Assembly: GCA_965216935.1 (NCBI GenBank)
Contig: OZ244217.1
Coordinates: 3,488,279-3,552,278, forward strand
Reading direction: 5' to 3'
Length of the DNA stretch: 64,000 bases
Source: Acidobacteriota bacterium
Lineage (GTDB): Bacteria; Acidobacteriota; UBA890
Position 1 is the stretch's first letter; each line of letters starts with the position of its first letter. Below, one piece after another: positions 1-10,646 of this stretch. The translations under genes and the position numbers were made by a program. The notes beneath the pieces were generated by a model that made no database searches, had not been told where the DNA came from, and saw only the letters and a list, made by a program, of their open reading frames with translations.

Positions 1-679
1 TGAGGCTGCCAATACGCCGCAAAGCGGGATCCGACAGCGCCACCCCGGGACGAAACCGCATGCCGAGCGACCACGCGTGCGGTACGAGGGAAAGCCACTG
101 CACGAGGCCCCCGACGACCGCCGCGATCGCCCACACGTAGATCGGCGCCTCGCTCCTGGCCATGAACACGACGGAGCCGATCAAGGTGAGGTTGTAGAGA
201 ACCGGTGTGAAGGCGGCGGCGGCGAAACGATCGCGGGCGTTCAAGACCGCCATTAGCGCCGCCGCCGCCGAAATGAAGATCAGGTACGGGAAGGTGATCC
301 AGGCCAGGCGGGTAGCGATCACCCAGGCGTCCCGGTTTCCGGGCAACAGCACCCAGCGAACCAGCAGCGGGGCCGCCAGGATGCCCAGCACGGTGAGCAC
401 GGTCGCCAACGCCGCGATCACCAGGTGGAAGGTATCGGCGAGCCTCCACAGGTCCTCCTCTGGCCGCTCCGCCGCCTCGTGTTCGAAAACCGGGACGAAT
501 GCCGCCGAGACGTTTCCTTCGCCCACCAGGCGTCGTAGAATATTCGGCAGTCGAAAAGCGGCCACGAAGGCGTCGGCGTATAGGCCCGTGCCGAAGAAGT
601 AGGTCGCCACGATATCCCGACCGTACCCCGCAATGCGCGATACCAACGTGATTGCGGCGACGGCTCCCACCGAGCGCAA
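1..679 (-). CDS. murJ: Lipid II flippase MurJ/MviN, 5' part only (runs off the window start)
   Basis: Not in the ORF track. Manual translation gives LRSVGAVAAITLVSRIAGYGRDIVATYFFGTGLYADAFVAAFRLPNILRRLVGEGNVSAAFVP, the typical MurJ N-terminus. Start uncertain: TTG at 679 or in-frame TTG at 757. Confidence 0.9.
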   Translation of the reverse strand, partial: MRSVGAVAAITLVSRIAGYGRDIVATYFFGTGLYADAFVAAFRLPNILRRLVGEGNVSAAFVPVFEHEAAERPEEDLWRLADTFHLVIAALATVLTVLGILAAPLLVRWVLLPGNRDAWVIATRLAWITFPYLIFISAAAALMAVLNARDRFAAAAFTPVLYNLTLIGSVVFMARSEAPIYVWAIAAVVGGLVQWLSLVPHAWSLGMRFRPGVALSDPALRRIGSL

Positions 680-712
680 GACACGCGCCTTTTCCGCCGC
701 AGCACCGGCGGA

Positions 713-741
713 TTGACCGGGTTCGGGGACCGTCCTATTCT
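713..741 (+). promoter_or_regulatory. Putative sigma70 promoter of rpsT
   Basis: TTGACC (713-718), 17 nt, TATTCT (736-741); GGAG RBS at 759-762. Confidence 0.6.
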
Positions 742-772
742 TCTCTTCTGTCGTCAACGGAGCCTATCAAAA

Positions 773-1042
773 ATGCCGATTATCAAGTCTGCCAAGAAGC
801 GAATGCGCCAGAACGAGCGGCGCAACGCCCGCAATCGAATGCGTCGCTCGACCCTGCGGACTTCGATCCGACGGTTGCACGAAGCGATTGCCGCGGGCGA
901 CCAGGACGCCATCCGGGCGCAATGGGTCAAGACGCAAGGTCTGATCGACCGTACCGCCCGCCTCGGCGTGATTCATCGCAACGCCGCCGCGCGTACCAAG
1001 TCGCGCCTGGCGCGCCGTATCCAGCAAGCCAGCGCGGCCTGA
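773..1042 (+). CDS. rpsT: 30S ribosomal protein S20
   Basis: MPIIKSAKKRMRQNERRNARNR...GVIHRNAAARTKSRL; ATG at 773 with an RBS. Confidence 0.97.
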   Translation: MPIIKSAKKRMRQNERRNARNRMRRSTLRTSIRRLHEAIAAGDQDAIRAQWVKTQGLIDRTARLGVIHRNAAARTKSRLARRIQQASAA

Positions 1043-1067
1043 GTCCTTCTCGCTCCGCCCCCGCCGC

Positions 1068-2114
1068 TCATGCGGCGCAGACACGTCGACACAGGCGTTC
1101 CAGCGTGCCGCGACTGCCGGCTCCGCGCTGCATCTTGACCGCGCCGTCCGAACGCGAGCAGGCGACGAGAAGGGACTCCAGCGCTGGAAGGTCCGCGGGC
1201 GCGGCCTTGCGTAGGATCTGCCTGCGCTGATCCCAGCGCCCGCCGAGTTGCTGCAGCAATTCCCTCTCCGGACAGCCTCGACCGGCCAGGTCCCTCGCCG
1301 TGATCAACTGGCGAATGACCCAGCTGACCATCGCCAGGATCCTCACCGGTTCCTCGCCGTCATCCAGCAGGCGGTTGAGCACCCGCAGCGCCGCGGCCGG
1401 CCTTCCCGCGATCAAAGCGTCGGTAAGCTCGAACACCGAGTGCTCGCGGCTCCGCCCCAGGAGCTGCTCGAGGTCCCTTGCTTCGAGACGTCCGGCTCCG
1501 GCGGCGAACAGCTCCACCTTGTCGAGCTCCTGATGCAATTGCTGCAAATCGAGCCCCACCATTTCGAGCAGATAGGCAACGGCGTCCGGCGCGATCTCGA
1601 ATCCTCGAGCCGAGGCCGAGCTTTCGATCCAGCGTCGCACGTCCGCCTCCCGTTCCGGCGGATCACACTGAACCTTGGCGGCGTGCGTGTTGAGCGATTT
1701 CGACGCCGCTCGGCGCGCATCCAACTTGCGAGCTTCGAACACCAGGCAGGTGGCCGCCACCGGATCGGCCAGGTATTCCTCCAGCAAGCCGCCGTCGGAG
1801 CCGGACGGGGGCTCGAACCCGCTCACCAGAACGACGCGCACGGGGCCGTCCTGGGCGGCCAGGAAGAGCGGTAGCGAGCGCGCCTCGTCGATGACGGTCG
1901 ACAGCGGTGTGGCGGCGCCGTCGAGCCGGAGGACCGTCATGTCCGGGTCCTCGTCTCCGGCGACGGCCTGGAGTATCGCGTCGACAGCGCGGCGCCGCAG
2001 ATAGTCTTCTTCGCCGACGACGAGGTATACGGGTGCAATCGTCTGTCGCTCCAAGGCGCGGGCCAGTTGCGCGACGGTCATCCCACTGCTGCGCGACGAA
2101 CGCCGGCGCGCCAC
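1068..2114 (-). CDS. holA: DNA polymerase III delta subunit
   Basis: PVYLVVGEEDYL, ELDKVELF and SVFELTDAL motifs; leuS-lptE-holA synteny. Confidence 0.93.
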   Translation of the reverse strand: MARRRSSRSSGMTVAQLARALERQTIAPVYLVVGEEDYLRRRAVDAILQAVAGDEDPDMTVLRLDGAATPLSTVIDEARSLPLFLAAQDGPVRVVLVSGFEPPSGSDGGLLEEYLADPVAATCLVFEARKLDARRAASKSLNTHAAKVQCDPPEREADVRRWIESSASARGFEIAPDAVAYLLEMVGLDLQQLHQELDKVELFAAGAGRLEARDLEQLLGRSREHSVFELTDALIAGRPAAALRVLNRLLDDGEEPVRILAMVSWVIRQLITARDLAGRGCPERELLQQLGGRWDQRRQILRKAAPADLPALESLLVACSRSDGAVKMQRGAGSRGTLERLCRRVCAA

Positions 2115-2115
2115 G

Positions 2116-2646
2116 TCAGAAGCCCTCGAGAATGCTCGCGACGACGGAGCGGGCGAACTCGAGGGCGATCTCGTCTACGGCGACGTTGCTGACGTCGAAG
2201 AAGGCCGTCGGGTCCGACTCGAGCTCGAACTGCTGGCGAAAGAGAAAGGCGTTGTTCGAGTACAGAACGCGGTTCTGGACGAGGTCTCGGAAGTTCACCT
2301 GGGCGCGAATCTGCACCAGAAAGTTGGTTGCCTGCTCCTCCGCACCGATGCCGATCGGCGTGACGATGAAGCTGGTAATGGTGCCGGTGAGCTCGGCGTC
2401 CGCCGCATCCGGGTCGGCGATGACACTGAAGTCACCCCGTGAGATGAACTCGCGGGTGACCGCATCGGTAATTCGCACCTCGACCTCGAAGCGCGGCGTG
2501 TCGTTCTCGAACGTCGGTATCGCCACCGTCCGGATGTACTCCGGGAGGAAGGACCCGGTGCCCACCAGGGCGTATCCGCAACCTTGCAGCACGAGGAGGA
2601 CGGGGAGCACGAAAAGAGCTCGGAGAAAAGGCCTACGGCTGCTCAT
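2116..2646 (-). CDS. lptE: LPS-assembly lipoprotein LptE family
   Basis: Lipobox LQGC followed by [13 protein letters not shown]; lies between leuS and holA. Confidence 0.85.
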   Translation of the reverse strand: MSSRRPFLRALFVLPVLLVLQGCGYALVGTGSFLPEYIRTVAIPTFENDTPRFEVEVRITDAVTREFISRGDFSVIADPDAADAELTGTITSFIVTPIGIGAEEQATNFLVQIRAQVNFRDLVQNRVLYSNNAFLFRQQFELESDPTAFFDVSNVAVDEIALEFARSVVASILEGF

Positions 2647-5228
2647 GAGGTGATCAGACTGATGATCTTTCCGGGAACGACGACGCTTCGAACCACGTCC
2701 TTGCCCTCCAGATGCCGGGCGACGTTCTCTTCGCTCGCAGCCGCCTCGATCAGGGCTTCCTTGTCATCGAGGTCTGCAGGCACCTCGACCGTCCCGCGCA
2801 CCTTACCATCCACCTGAACCGCGATACGCACGGTTTCTCGCCGCAGCACGGCGGCATCATAGTCCGGCCAGCGATGGTCGAGCACGTAGCCACGGTGCCC
2901 CAACATTTTCCAGAGCTCCTCGCTGATGTGCGGGGCGAACGCCGACAGCAGCGTCACCAATCGCTCGAAAGTATCGCGATACACCCAGGCGTGTTCCCCG
3001 GCTTCTGCCGCGGGAATCTCTGCGATGGCCGCGTAGCAGTCGTTGAGCAGCTCCATCATCGCCGCGACCGCGGTGTTGAAATGCAATCGCTGGTCGATCT
3101 CCTCGGTTACCCTGCGGGTCGTATCGTGCGCCTTGCGGCGCAACCGCGCCAGAGCATCCGGGAGACCTTCGACGTTCCCGCTCGTGCCAACCCCTTCGAG
3201 TGCCAGGCGCGATTGCTCGACGATCGTCCAGGCCCGGCTGAGAAAGCGGGCGCAGCCCTCGATGCCACCCTCGTCCCATTCGAAGTCGCGCTCCGGCGGG
3301 GCCGCGAAAAGGACGAAGATGCGCGTCGCGTCCGCGCCGTAGCGATTCACCATCGCTTCGGGGTCGACGACGTTGCCGCGTGACTTCGACATCGCCGAGC
3401 CGCCCATCAGCACCATTCCCTGGGTCAGCAATCGATCCACCGGCTCACGCACGTCGAGCAGCTCCATGTCCGCCATCGCCTTGCAGAAGAAACGGAAGTA
3501 GAGCAGGTGAAGGACGGCATGGGTGATTCCGCCGATGTAGATGTCGACCGGGAGCCAGTAATCGGCCGCCGCGCGCGCGAACGGCGCGTCGGCGTGGTCC
3601 GGGGACAGGTAGCGCAGGTAATACCAGGAGGAATCGACGAACGTGTCCATCGTGTCGGTCTCGCGCCGCCCCGGCCCACCGCACGTCGGACACTCGACGT
3701 TGACGAACGACTCCACCTTCCCCAACGGCGAGCCCCCCTCGCCCGAGAGCTCCACTTCTTCCGGCAGGACGACCGGAAGATCTTCGTACGGTACCGGGAC
3801 GACGCCGCATGACTCACAGTGGATCACCGGGATCGGCGTTCCCCAGTAGCGCTGGCGTGATACGCCCCAGTCCTTGATCTTGTAGTCGACTGCTGCCGCA
3901 CCGAAACCACCGGAATCCGCGTCCGCAACCATCTTGCTCTGCGCATCGGCCGAGCTCATGCCCGCGTATGCGCCGCAGTTGGCCATCAGAACGCCGTAGA
4001 TCGGCGCGGCTTGTTCCATCTCGGCGGGTTGCTCGCCGTCTGCGGGCGCGATCACCGGGCGGATCGGCAGGCCGTATTTGCGGGCGAACTCGAAGTCGCG
4101 CTCGTCGTGGGCCGGTACCGCCATGATTGCTCCGGTGCCGTAGTCCATCAGAACGAAGTTGGCGATCCAGATGGGCAGCCGCTCGCCGTTGAACGGATTG
4201 ACCGCGTAGTGGCCGGTGAACACGCCTTCCTTCTCGCCCTCTTCGCCCGGCCGCTGCCTTCGGTTCATCTTCTCCAGCGCGTCGATCCGGGCTGCAAACG
4301 CGGCGGCGTCCATGTCCGAATCGGGGCCCGGCCCCTCCTCGTACCAGCTCCGAGCCAGCGGATGCTCGGGGGCCAGCACCATGAACGTGGCGCCGAATAT
4401 GGTGTCGATCCGGGTTGTGAAGACCTCCAGAGGAGCTCCGGATCGATCTCCGGCGCCGTTGCCCCCACCATCGCCATCGCCTTCTGTCTCGTCCAACTCG
4501 TCGCTGCCGGCCGCGTCGCCGCTCGCAACCGAGAACGTGACACGTGCCCCGGTGCTGCGGCCGATCCAGTTCCGTTGCATCGAGCGGACACGATCCGGCC
4601 ACCCTTCGAGGCTTTCCACGTCCGCAAGCAACTCTTCGACGTATTCGGTGATGCGGAAAAACCACTGCGACAGGTGGCGCTCTTCAACGACCGAGTCACA
4701 TCGCCAGCACAGACCGTCTTCGACCTGCTCGTTGGCCAGAACCGTCTCGCACGACGGACACCAGTTCACCAGGGCGTCTTTGCGATAGGCGAGATCGCGC
4801 TCCAGAAAGCGGAGGAAGAGCCACTGATTCCAGTGGTAGTACTCCGGCGTGTGGCTGGCGATCTCGCGATCCCAGTCGTAGGCGAAGCCCAAGGTCTTCA
4901 GCTGAGCCCGCATCGCCGAGATGTTCTGCCGCGTCCACGCTACCGGGTGAACGCCGCGCTGAATGGCGGCGTTCTCCGCCGGCATCCCGAAGGAGTCCCA
5001 TCCCATGGGGTGCAGGACGTTGAAGCCGCGCAGGCGGCGGAAACGGGTGACGACGTCGCCGATGGCGTAGTTGCGGACGTGCCCCATGTGCAAGCGTCCG
5101 GAAGGGTACGGCAACATTTCCAGGCAGTAGTATTTCTCGCCCTCGGCATGCTCGTCGGTGTGAAAGACGCGATCGCGCGCCCAGCGTTTCTGCCATTTCG
5201 GCTCGATGGCGCTCGGATCGTACTTCAC
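2643..5228 (-). CDS. leuS: Leucine--tRNA ligase
   Basis: HMGH and AMSKS motifs, [18 protein letters not shown] start at 5228 overlaps the nusB stop; the ORF-track extension to 5618 is spurious. Confidence 0.98.
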   Translation of the reverse strand: MKYDPSAIEPKWQKRWARDRVFHTDEHAEGEKYYCLEMLPYPSGRLHMGHVRNYAIGDVVTRFRRLRGFNVLHPMGWDSFGMPAENAAIQRGVHPVAWTRQNISAMRAQLKTLGFAYDWDREIASHTPEYYHWNQWLFLRFLERDLAYRKDALVNWCPSCETVLANEQVEDGLCWRCDSVVEERHLSQWFFRITEYVEELLADVESLEGWPDRVRSMQRNWIGRSTGARVTFSVASGDAAGSDELDETEGDGDGGGNGAGDRSGAPLEVFTTRIDTIFGATFMVLAPEHPLARSWYEEGPGPDSDMDAAAFAARIDALEKMNRRQRPGEEGEKEGVFTGHYAVNPFNGERLPIWIANFVLMDYGTGAIMAVPAHDERDFEFARKYGLPIRPVIAPADGEQPAEMEQAAPIYGVLMANCGAYAGMSSADAQSKMVADADSGGFGAAAVDYKIKDWGVSRQRYWGTPIPVIHCESCGVVPVPYEDLPVVLPEEVELSGEGGSPLGKVESFVNVECPTCGGPGRRETDTMDTFVDSSWYYLRYLSPDHADAPFARAAADYWLPVDIYIGGITHAVLHLLYFRFFCKAMADMELLDVREPVDRLLTQGMVLMGGSAMSKSRGNVVDPEAMVNRYGADATRIFVLFAAPPERDFEWDEGGIEGCARFLSRAWTIVEQSRLALEGVGTSGNVEGLPDALARLRRKAHDTTRRVTEEIDQRLHFNTAVAAMMELLNDCYAAIAEIPAAEAGEHAWVYRDTFERLVTLLSAFAPHISEELWKMLGHRGYVLDHRWPDYDAAVLRRETVRIAVQVDGKVRGTVEVPADLDDKEALIEAAASEENVARHLEGKDVVRSVVVPGKIISLITS

Positions 5229-5656
5229 GGCTCTACCGCCCCACTGCGTTCGCCGACGCTGTGCTTGATTGCGTCGAGAATCCCGTTGACGAAGGGCCCC
5301 GCCTCGGGGCCGCTGAAGCGCTTGCACAATTCCATCGCCTCGTCGATGACGACGGCCGGCGGCGTCTCGGGTTCGTACGTCAACTCGTAGGCCCCGAGGC
5401 GGAGAACGCTCTTCTCGACCCTGCCGAGCCGATCCAGGCGCCAGTGCTCCGCGCGCGCCGAGATCATAGCGTCGATATCCGCAATATGCGCGACCGTCCC
5501 GCGAAACAAGGCCTCCGCGAAGCGCTTCAGCGCCAGATCGGGCGGCCCATGGCTCTCCCAGTAGCCCTGCAGGATCTCTTCCGGCTCGGCGTCGGTAACA
5601 TCCCACTGGAAGAGGCACTGGATGGCTGCCTCACGCGCCTTGTGTCGCGTGCCCAT
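5225..5656 (-). CDS. nusB: Transcription antitermination factor NusB
   Basis: [32 protein letters not shown]; ribH-nusB synteny. Confidence 0.96.
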   Translation of the reverse strand: MGTRHKAREAAIQCLFQWDVTDAEPEEILQGYWESHGPPDLALKRFAEALFRGTVAHIADIDAMISARAEHWRLDRLGRVEKSVLRLGAYELTYEPETPPAVVIDEAMELCKRFSGPEAGPFVNGILDAIKHSVGERSGAVEP

Positions 5657-6146
5657 CGACTGCCCCTCCTCTCGAGATCTCGGCGAACAGGTTGACCATC
5701 TCGATGGCGGCAATGGCCGCCTCGGCACCCTTGTTTCCGCATTCGCCTCCGGCGCGGTCCAGGGCTTGCTCTCGCGAATCACAGGTCAGGACGCCGAAGA
5801 TAACCGGAATACCGGATCGCACCGACACGTCGGCGAGTCCCCGGGCAACCGCCGAGCCAAGATAGTCGAAATGGGGCGTCTCGCCCCGGATCAGGGCGCC
5901 CAGACAAACGATCCCGTCTACGCGGCCGTCTGCCAGCCGCGCCGCCGTCATCGGCAGCTCGAAGGCCCCCGGGACCTGGTGGACCTGAACCGTCTCGTCG
6001 CTTGCCCCGTGCCCGAGGAACGTTTCGCGCGCCCCGTCGAGTAGTGCTCCGGTGACGTCCGCGTTGAACCGGCTGACGACGACGGCGAAGCGGTATCCCG
6101 CAGCGGCGTCGGCGCTCAATTCGATGTCATCGCGTAGCCGGCTCAT
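5631..6146 (-). CDS. ribH: 6,7-dimethyl-8-ribityllumazine synthase
   Basis: VVSRFN, VPGAFELP, IRGETPHFDY, NKGAEAA. Confidence 0.97.
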   Translation of the reverse strand: MSRLRDDIELSADAAAGYRFAVVVSRFNADVTGALLDGARETFLGHGASDETVQVHQVPGAFELPMTAARLADGRVDGIVCLGALIRGETPHFDYLGSAVARGLADVSVRSGIPVIFGVLTCDSREQALDRAGGECGNKGAEAAIAAIEMVNLFAEISRGGAVDGHATQGA

Positions 6147-6275
6147 GAGACCTGCTCGTGGGCGAAAAGGAAGACGGCACAGTGTACAACCGCACGCCGC
6201 TCAGCGCCGTCCGGCGGCCGATTCCGGATCACGACGTCCCCCTCGCGAGACCGTGCACACCTTCACCCGGGCTCG

Positions 6276-7298
6276 TTAGCGCGAGCGCTGGTACCGATTC
6301 ACGTTGTTGTTGTGCTCTCGCAGAGTCCGCGCGAAGGCGTGCGAGCCGTCGTTGCGGCCGACGAAGTAAAGAAACTCGGTCTCCGCCGGCGCCAGCGCGG
6401 CCGCAATGCTGGCCTCGCCCGGGTTTGCGATCGGGCCCGGCGGCAAGCCGCCGACCCGATAGGTGTTGTACGGCGACGGGTTGTCGAAGTCGGCCCGGCG
6501 AATGTTCCGATCGGTGCGGCCGTCCAGGTAGAGGGCGTACAGCAGCGTCGGATCGCACTGCAGCAGCATCCCGATGCGTAGGCGGTTGTGGTAGACGCCC
6601 GACACCAGGGCGCGCTCGTCCACCCGGCCGGTCTCGGCTTCGATCAGCGATGCGATCGTGATGATCTCCCGCGGGCTGAAGCCGGCCTCCGCTGCCGCCG
6701 CAGAGCGTTCCTCGTTCCACACCTCGCGAAACTGATCGACCATCATCGCGACGATGTCGGCGGCGCCGGCGCCCTCCGGTGCGAAATACGTGTCGGGGAA
6801 CAAATAGCCTTCCAGGTCGGAGGCGTCGGGGTCGATGTCGGCAACGAGCGAAACGTCTCCCGTGGCCTGCCAAGCTTCGTCTCGGGCCCCGAACCCGGCG
6901 GCCGCGAGGGCGTCGGCCACTTGCCAGCGCGTCGCCCCTTCGAGAACCGTCACGGAAGCGAGCAGCACCTTTCCCTCCGTGATCACCTCGGCGACCTGGC
7001 GCAGCGATGCCGGGCCTTCGAAGCGATAGCGCCCGGTGTGGATACTGCCCTGCAACCCACTGAGGCGCAGCCACCACCGCAGCTCGCGGGCGCTGCGAAC
7101 GACTCCGTTGTCGGCAAGCAGTGTCGCGACGCTTCCAGCTGTCGCCCCCGCCGGGATGGACACCACAACCGGGTTGCCATCGTTGCCATCGAACGGGGTC
7201 TCGAGCGCCGCGACTCCGGCTCCGAGGAGCACCCGGAAAGACAGGTAAAGGACGACAACCAGCAGAATCAGCGGGGTCAGGAGGCGTCGAAGGCTCAT
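6276..7298 (-). CDS. mltG: Endolytic transglycosylase MltG (YceG)
   Basis: N-terminal TM helix, LEGYLFPDTY, ASLIEAE, SPYNTY, GLPPGPIANPG; ATGA overlap with ruvX. Confidence 0.96.
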   Translation of the reverse strand: MSLRRLLTPLILLVVVLYLSFRVLLGAGVAALETPFDGNDGNPVVVSIPAGATAGSVATLLADNGVVRSARELRWWLRLSGLQGSIHTGRYRFEGPASLRQVAEVITEGKVLLASVTVLEGATRWQVADALAAAGFGARDEAWQATGDVSLVADIDPDASDLEGYLFPDTYFAPEGAGAADIVAMMVDQFREVWNEERSAAAAEAGFSPREIITIASLIEAETGRVDERALVSGVYHNRLRIGMLLQCDPTLLYALYLDGRTDRNIRRADFDNPSPYNTYRVGGLPPGPIANPGEASIAAALAPAETEFLYFVGRNDGSHAFARTLREHNNNVNRYQRSR

Positions 7299-7729
7299 GC
7301 TGTCGCCCCTCCATTGCCCGGGTTGGCTGCGAGAAATCCTTGCAGGATCAACGCCGCGGCCACCCGGTCCGTCGCCCCCTTGCGCCTGCGCCGCTTCACG
7401 CCCGCGTCGATCAGCATCCGCTCTGCCTGCGCGCTGCTGAGACGCTCGTCCCACAGCTCGACGCGCACGTCGAGCTCGCGCCGCAGCCGCTCCGCCGCCT
7501 CCTCCGCCGCGTTCGCCTCCGCCCCGTGCGAACCGTCCAGGCGGCGCGGGAGGCCGACGACGATTCCACCGACGTTGCGCTCGGCGACCAGGCGCCGGAT
7601 CTCCTCCATGGGGAGGGAGCCGAAGCCGCGCGCTTCCAGGGTCGTGTGGGGCTGCGCGATCATGCCGCCGGCGTCGGTTATCGCGACCCCGATGCGCCGG
7701 CTGCCGAGGTCGAGCGCGATCCAAACCAT
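7295..7729 (-). CDS. ruvX: YqgF/RuvX pre-16S rRNA nuclease
   Basis: ALDLGSRRIGVA, VVGLP, WDERLSS, DRVAAALILQ. Confidence 0.96.
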   Translation of the reverse strand: MVWIALDLGSRRIGVAITDAGGMIAQPHTTLEARGFGSLPMEEIRRLVAERNVGGIVVGLPRRLDGSHGAEANAAEEAAERLRRELDVRVELWDERLSSAQAERMLIDAGVKRRRRKGATDRVAAALILQGFLAANPGNGGATA

Positions 7730-7809
7730 CCGGTCAACGTATCACAATGCCCGGCGTCGTGATTCGTGTTACTTTTGCCTCCTGTCGATCCATCTTCACC
7801 CGGCGCAGC

Positions 7810-8412
7810 ATGTATCTGACCAAGCGGCAAAAGGAAATCCTCGACTTCGTTCGCGAGCACGTCGAGCGTCAAGGCTATGCCCCGACGCTGCAGGAAATCG
7901 GCGCCCGCTTCGGCCTCTCCTCCCCGGCGACCGTGTACAAACACGTCGAGCAGCTGGTGCAGAAGGGGTACGTGCGCAAGGCCCCGCACCAGGGGCGAGG
8001 TATCCAGCTTGTCGACCCCGAACCCGTTCGAACGGTCGAGCTTCCCCTCCTCGGGCAGGTGGCCGCCGGTCGGCCGATCGAGGCCGTCGCCGAGGCCGAA
8101 ACCGTCAACGTCCCGCCGGATTTCGTCGGCCGCAAGCCGACCTATGTTCTGCGCGTCCGCGGGAGCTCGATGATCGACGAGCAGATCCGCGATGGCGACT
8201 ACGTTATCGTCGAAGATCGGACCACAGCCGAGAACGGTGAAACCGTCGTCGCCCTGCTGCGTGGCGAGGAGGTGACGATGAAGAAGTTCTACCGCATCGG
8301 CGAGCGCATCCGCCTACAACCCGCGAATCCCACCGTGGAGCCGATCGTGCTGCCGGAAGATGACGTTCGCATCCAGGGGGTCGTCATCGGCGTCATGCGC
8401 CGTTACCGCTGA
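7810..8412 (+). CDS. lexA: SOS repressor LexA
   Basis: LTKRQKEIL HTH region, VAAG cleavage site, GSSM catalytic Ser, TMKK catalytic Lys. Confidence 0.96.
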   Translation: MYLTKRQKEILDFVREHVERQGYAPTLQEIGARFGLSSPATVYKHVEQLVQKGYVRKAPHQGRGIQLVDPEPVRTVELPLLGQVAAGRPIEAVAEAETVNVPPDFVGRKPTYVLRVRGSSMIDEQIRDGDYVIVEDRTTAENGETVVALLRGEEVTMKKFYRIGERIRLQPANPTVEPIVLPEDDVRIQGVVIGVMRRYR

Positions 8413-9259
8413 GCTTGGCGTACAGGTGGCTCATCGCCGCGAGGTAGCCCAGAGGCTGGCCGACGTCGAAGTGCAACCCCTGTAACGCCCGCCCCGCGAG
8501 TCCGCCCGTCTTGACCAGCCGCTGGAACGCAGGGACATCGTCCCATTCGCCTTCCTCCGGTGGTCCCGTGGCTTCGAGCGCATCGTAGAAGCCAGGGCCG
8601 AGGGCATAGCGGGCGCACCCCCGGAGCACGGGCTGGTCGCCTTCGACACGGAACGTCCCCGGCCGTTTGTCGCCCAACTCGACGATACGAAAGTCCCGTG
8701 GCGTCAGCTGCTCGAGCCGGACCCGCCCGACATTGCCGAGCTGTCCCGCGTTTTCCGGCTTCACTTCGATGAGGCCGATCGCGTCCAGGCCGGTGATGCG
8801 CCGAGTTTCCGCCACCTGCGCCAGCGCCGGCGGACCGCCGTCGAACCAGTTGTCGGGCACGACGACACCGAACGGGTCGTCCCCTGTCACCGGCCGACAA
8901 CGCACGAGCGCGTCGCCGAGGCCGAGCGGTTCCGGCTGCTCAACCACCTGCAACGACACGCCATCGGGCCATCCAGGGTCGGCGGCCCGCCGCTCCACGT
9001 GCTCACGCACACGAGGCTCCCGGGGAGAAACCACCACGATGACGCCGGCGACCCGCGCTTGGTGCGCTTCCTCGAGGGCCCAATCGAGCATCGGGCGCAA
9101 TCCGATCGGCAGAAGAACCTTCGGGACGACATCGGTTGCCGGGCGCATCCGCGTGCCGCTTCCCGCTGCGGGGATGACCGCCCAGGGAAGTAGTGAGACA
9201 GAACCTTGGCCGCCGCTCGCCGCCCCCGCGTCGGGACCGTGCGTTTCGTCGCCGCTCAT
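8393..9259 (-). CDS. Sugar-phosphate nucleotidyltransferase (GalU-like)
   Basis: VIPAAGSGTRMRPAT..PKVLLP, QPEPLGLGDA; ATGA overlap with the upstream SDR. Confidence 0.85.
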   Translation of the reverse strand: MSGDETHGPDAGAASGGQGSVSLLPWAVIPAAGSGTRMRPATDVVPKVLLPIGLRPMLDWALEEAHQARVAGVIVVVSPREPRVREHVERRAADPGWPDGVSLQVVEQPEPLGLGDALVRCRPVTGDDPFGVVVPDNWFDGGPPALAQVAETRRITGLDAIGLIEVKPENAGQLGNVGRVRLEQLTPRDFRIVELGDKRPGTFRVEGDQPVLRGCARYALGPGFYDALEATGPPEEGEWDDVPAFQRLVKTGGLAGRALQGLHFDVGQPLGYLAAMSHLYAKLSGNGA

Positions 9260-10014
9260 CCGCAAAGCACGTTGCCGCCGTTCACGTTGACCACCTCTCC
9301 CGTCATGTACGAGGCCAGGTCGCTGGCCACGAAACAGACGACGGCAGCGATCTCTTCCGGCTCCCCTGCCCTCCCCAAAGGTATCCCCGCGGTAATCGCC
9401 GGCCCCTCTGCCGCCAGGGCGTCCGCGGCCATGTCCGTACGCACCCAACCGGGCGCGACGCAGTTGACGCGGATCCCGTCGCCGGCCAGCTCGGGCGCCA
9501 GCGACTTCGTCCACGAGATCATGCCGCCCTTCGACGCCGCGTAGTGTCCGTGGCCCGCCTCGCCCCGTTGCCCGGCGGTCGACGAGATGTTCACGATCGC
9601 GCCGGAAGCGGACTCACGGAGGTGCGGAAGGGCGGCTCGCGTTACCAGGTACATCCCCTTCAGGTTCACGTCGATCATCTCGTCCCAGTCCGTCTCCGAC
9701 ATCGACTCGATCGGAGCGGCTTTCCAGATGCCCGCATTGCACACGAGGATATCGAGACGGCCCCAGCGCTCGATGCACGCCGAGACGATCGCCTCGACGT
9801 GCGCGGCGTCGGCCACGTCGCCACCCACGGCGAGGGCCTCTCCCTGTGTCGATTCGATCCTCTCGACGACCTCGGCGGCGGCGTCCCGGCGGCTGCGGTA
9901 GTGCACCGCCACCGCCGCCCCGGCCTGCGCCAATCCGAGAGCAATGGACCGACCGATGCCACGCGAAGCGCCGGTCACCAGGGCAACCCGGCCGTCCAAT
10001 TCGATTCGAGTCAT
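9256..10014 (-). CDS. SDR family oxidoreductase (FabG-like paralog)
   Basis: TGASRGIG, CNAG, YAASK, NCVAPG. Confidence 0.92.
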   Translation of the reverse strand: MTRIELDGRVALVTGASRGIGRSIALGLAQAGAAVAVHYRSRRDAAAEVVERIESTQGEALAVGGDVADAAHVEAIVSACIERWGRLDILVCNAGIWKAAPIESMSETDWDEMIDVNLKGMYLVTRAALPHLRESASGAIVNISSTAGQRGEAGHGHYAASKGGMISWTKSLAPELAGDGIRVNCVAPGWVRTDMAADALAAEGPAITAGIPLGRAGEPEEIAAVVCFVASDLASYMTGEVVNVNGGNVLCG

Positions 10015-10646
10015 TCGTTACCCCGCCTGAAGGTGACCGCGTACCAGCTGCCGACCGGCGTCACCCGGCGAACGTCCTCGACCCGGATCTGCGCCCGGTC
10101 GAAAAGGGGCTCGAGGGGAAAATCGGCGTGAAAGCCCAGAGTCGCGGCGGTCACCTTCGACAGACCACGCTCGATCGCCGCGAGCAGAGGATTGCGGGGG
10201 GAGAAGTGGTTGAGCACGATCAGCTTCGCACCGGGCCGGCATACACGGCTCATGTCGTGCAATAGCGCCACGGGATGCGGTGCGGCCGACACCACGAACG
10301 GAGCGATGGCGGCGTCGAACGTCGCGTCGGCGAACGGCAAGCGCGACCCGTCGGCTTCCACCAGCGCGGCCTCGCAGCGCAGGCGGCTGTCGTGCAGGCG
10401 CGGCAGCGCTTTCTCGAGCATCGCGCGGGAGAAATCAACCCCGGTGAAGCGGCATCCCTCCGGGACGAGAAAAAGGGACAGCCCCGTGCCGACGCCCACC
10501 TCCAGGACGCTGTCGCCCGGCTGCAGGTCGAGCATCGCCACGGCACGACGGCGGGCGCCCGAAAGCAGCGGTCCGAACGTCCAGTCGTAGACTTTGGACC
10601 AGCGCGAATACGCCGCCTGCACCTGTTCGGTGCCCATCGTGCTCAC
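10011..10646 (-). CDS. Class I SAM methyltransferase, PmtA-like phospholipid N-methyltransferase
   Basis: AYSRWSKVYD..FG, VLEVGVGTGLSL, LNHF; GTGA overlap with the upstream stop. Confidence 0.8.
   Translation of the reverse strand: MSTMGTEQVQAAYSRWSKVYDWTFGPLLSGARRRAVAMLDLQPGDSVLEVGVGTGLSLFLVPEGCRFTGVDFSRAMLEKALPRLHDSRLRCEAALVEADGSRLPFADATFDAAIAPFVVSAAPHPVALLHDMSRVCRPGAKLIVLNHFSPRNPLLAAIERGLSKVTAATLGFHADFPLEPLFDRAQIRVEDVRRVTPVGSWYAVTFRRGNE

Noticed and set aside
6147-6275. FMN riboswitch upstream of ribH
   Set aside because: RFN consensus motifs are absent, and a TACACT -10 lies close to the start.
7730-7809. SOS box upstream of lexA
   Set aside because: No CTGT-N8-ACAG, GAAC-N4-GTTC or GTTC-N7-GTTC match seen; a new motif cannot be defined from one site.
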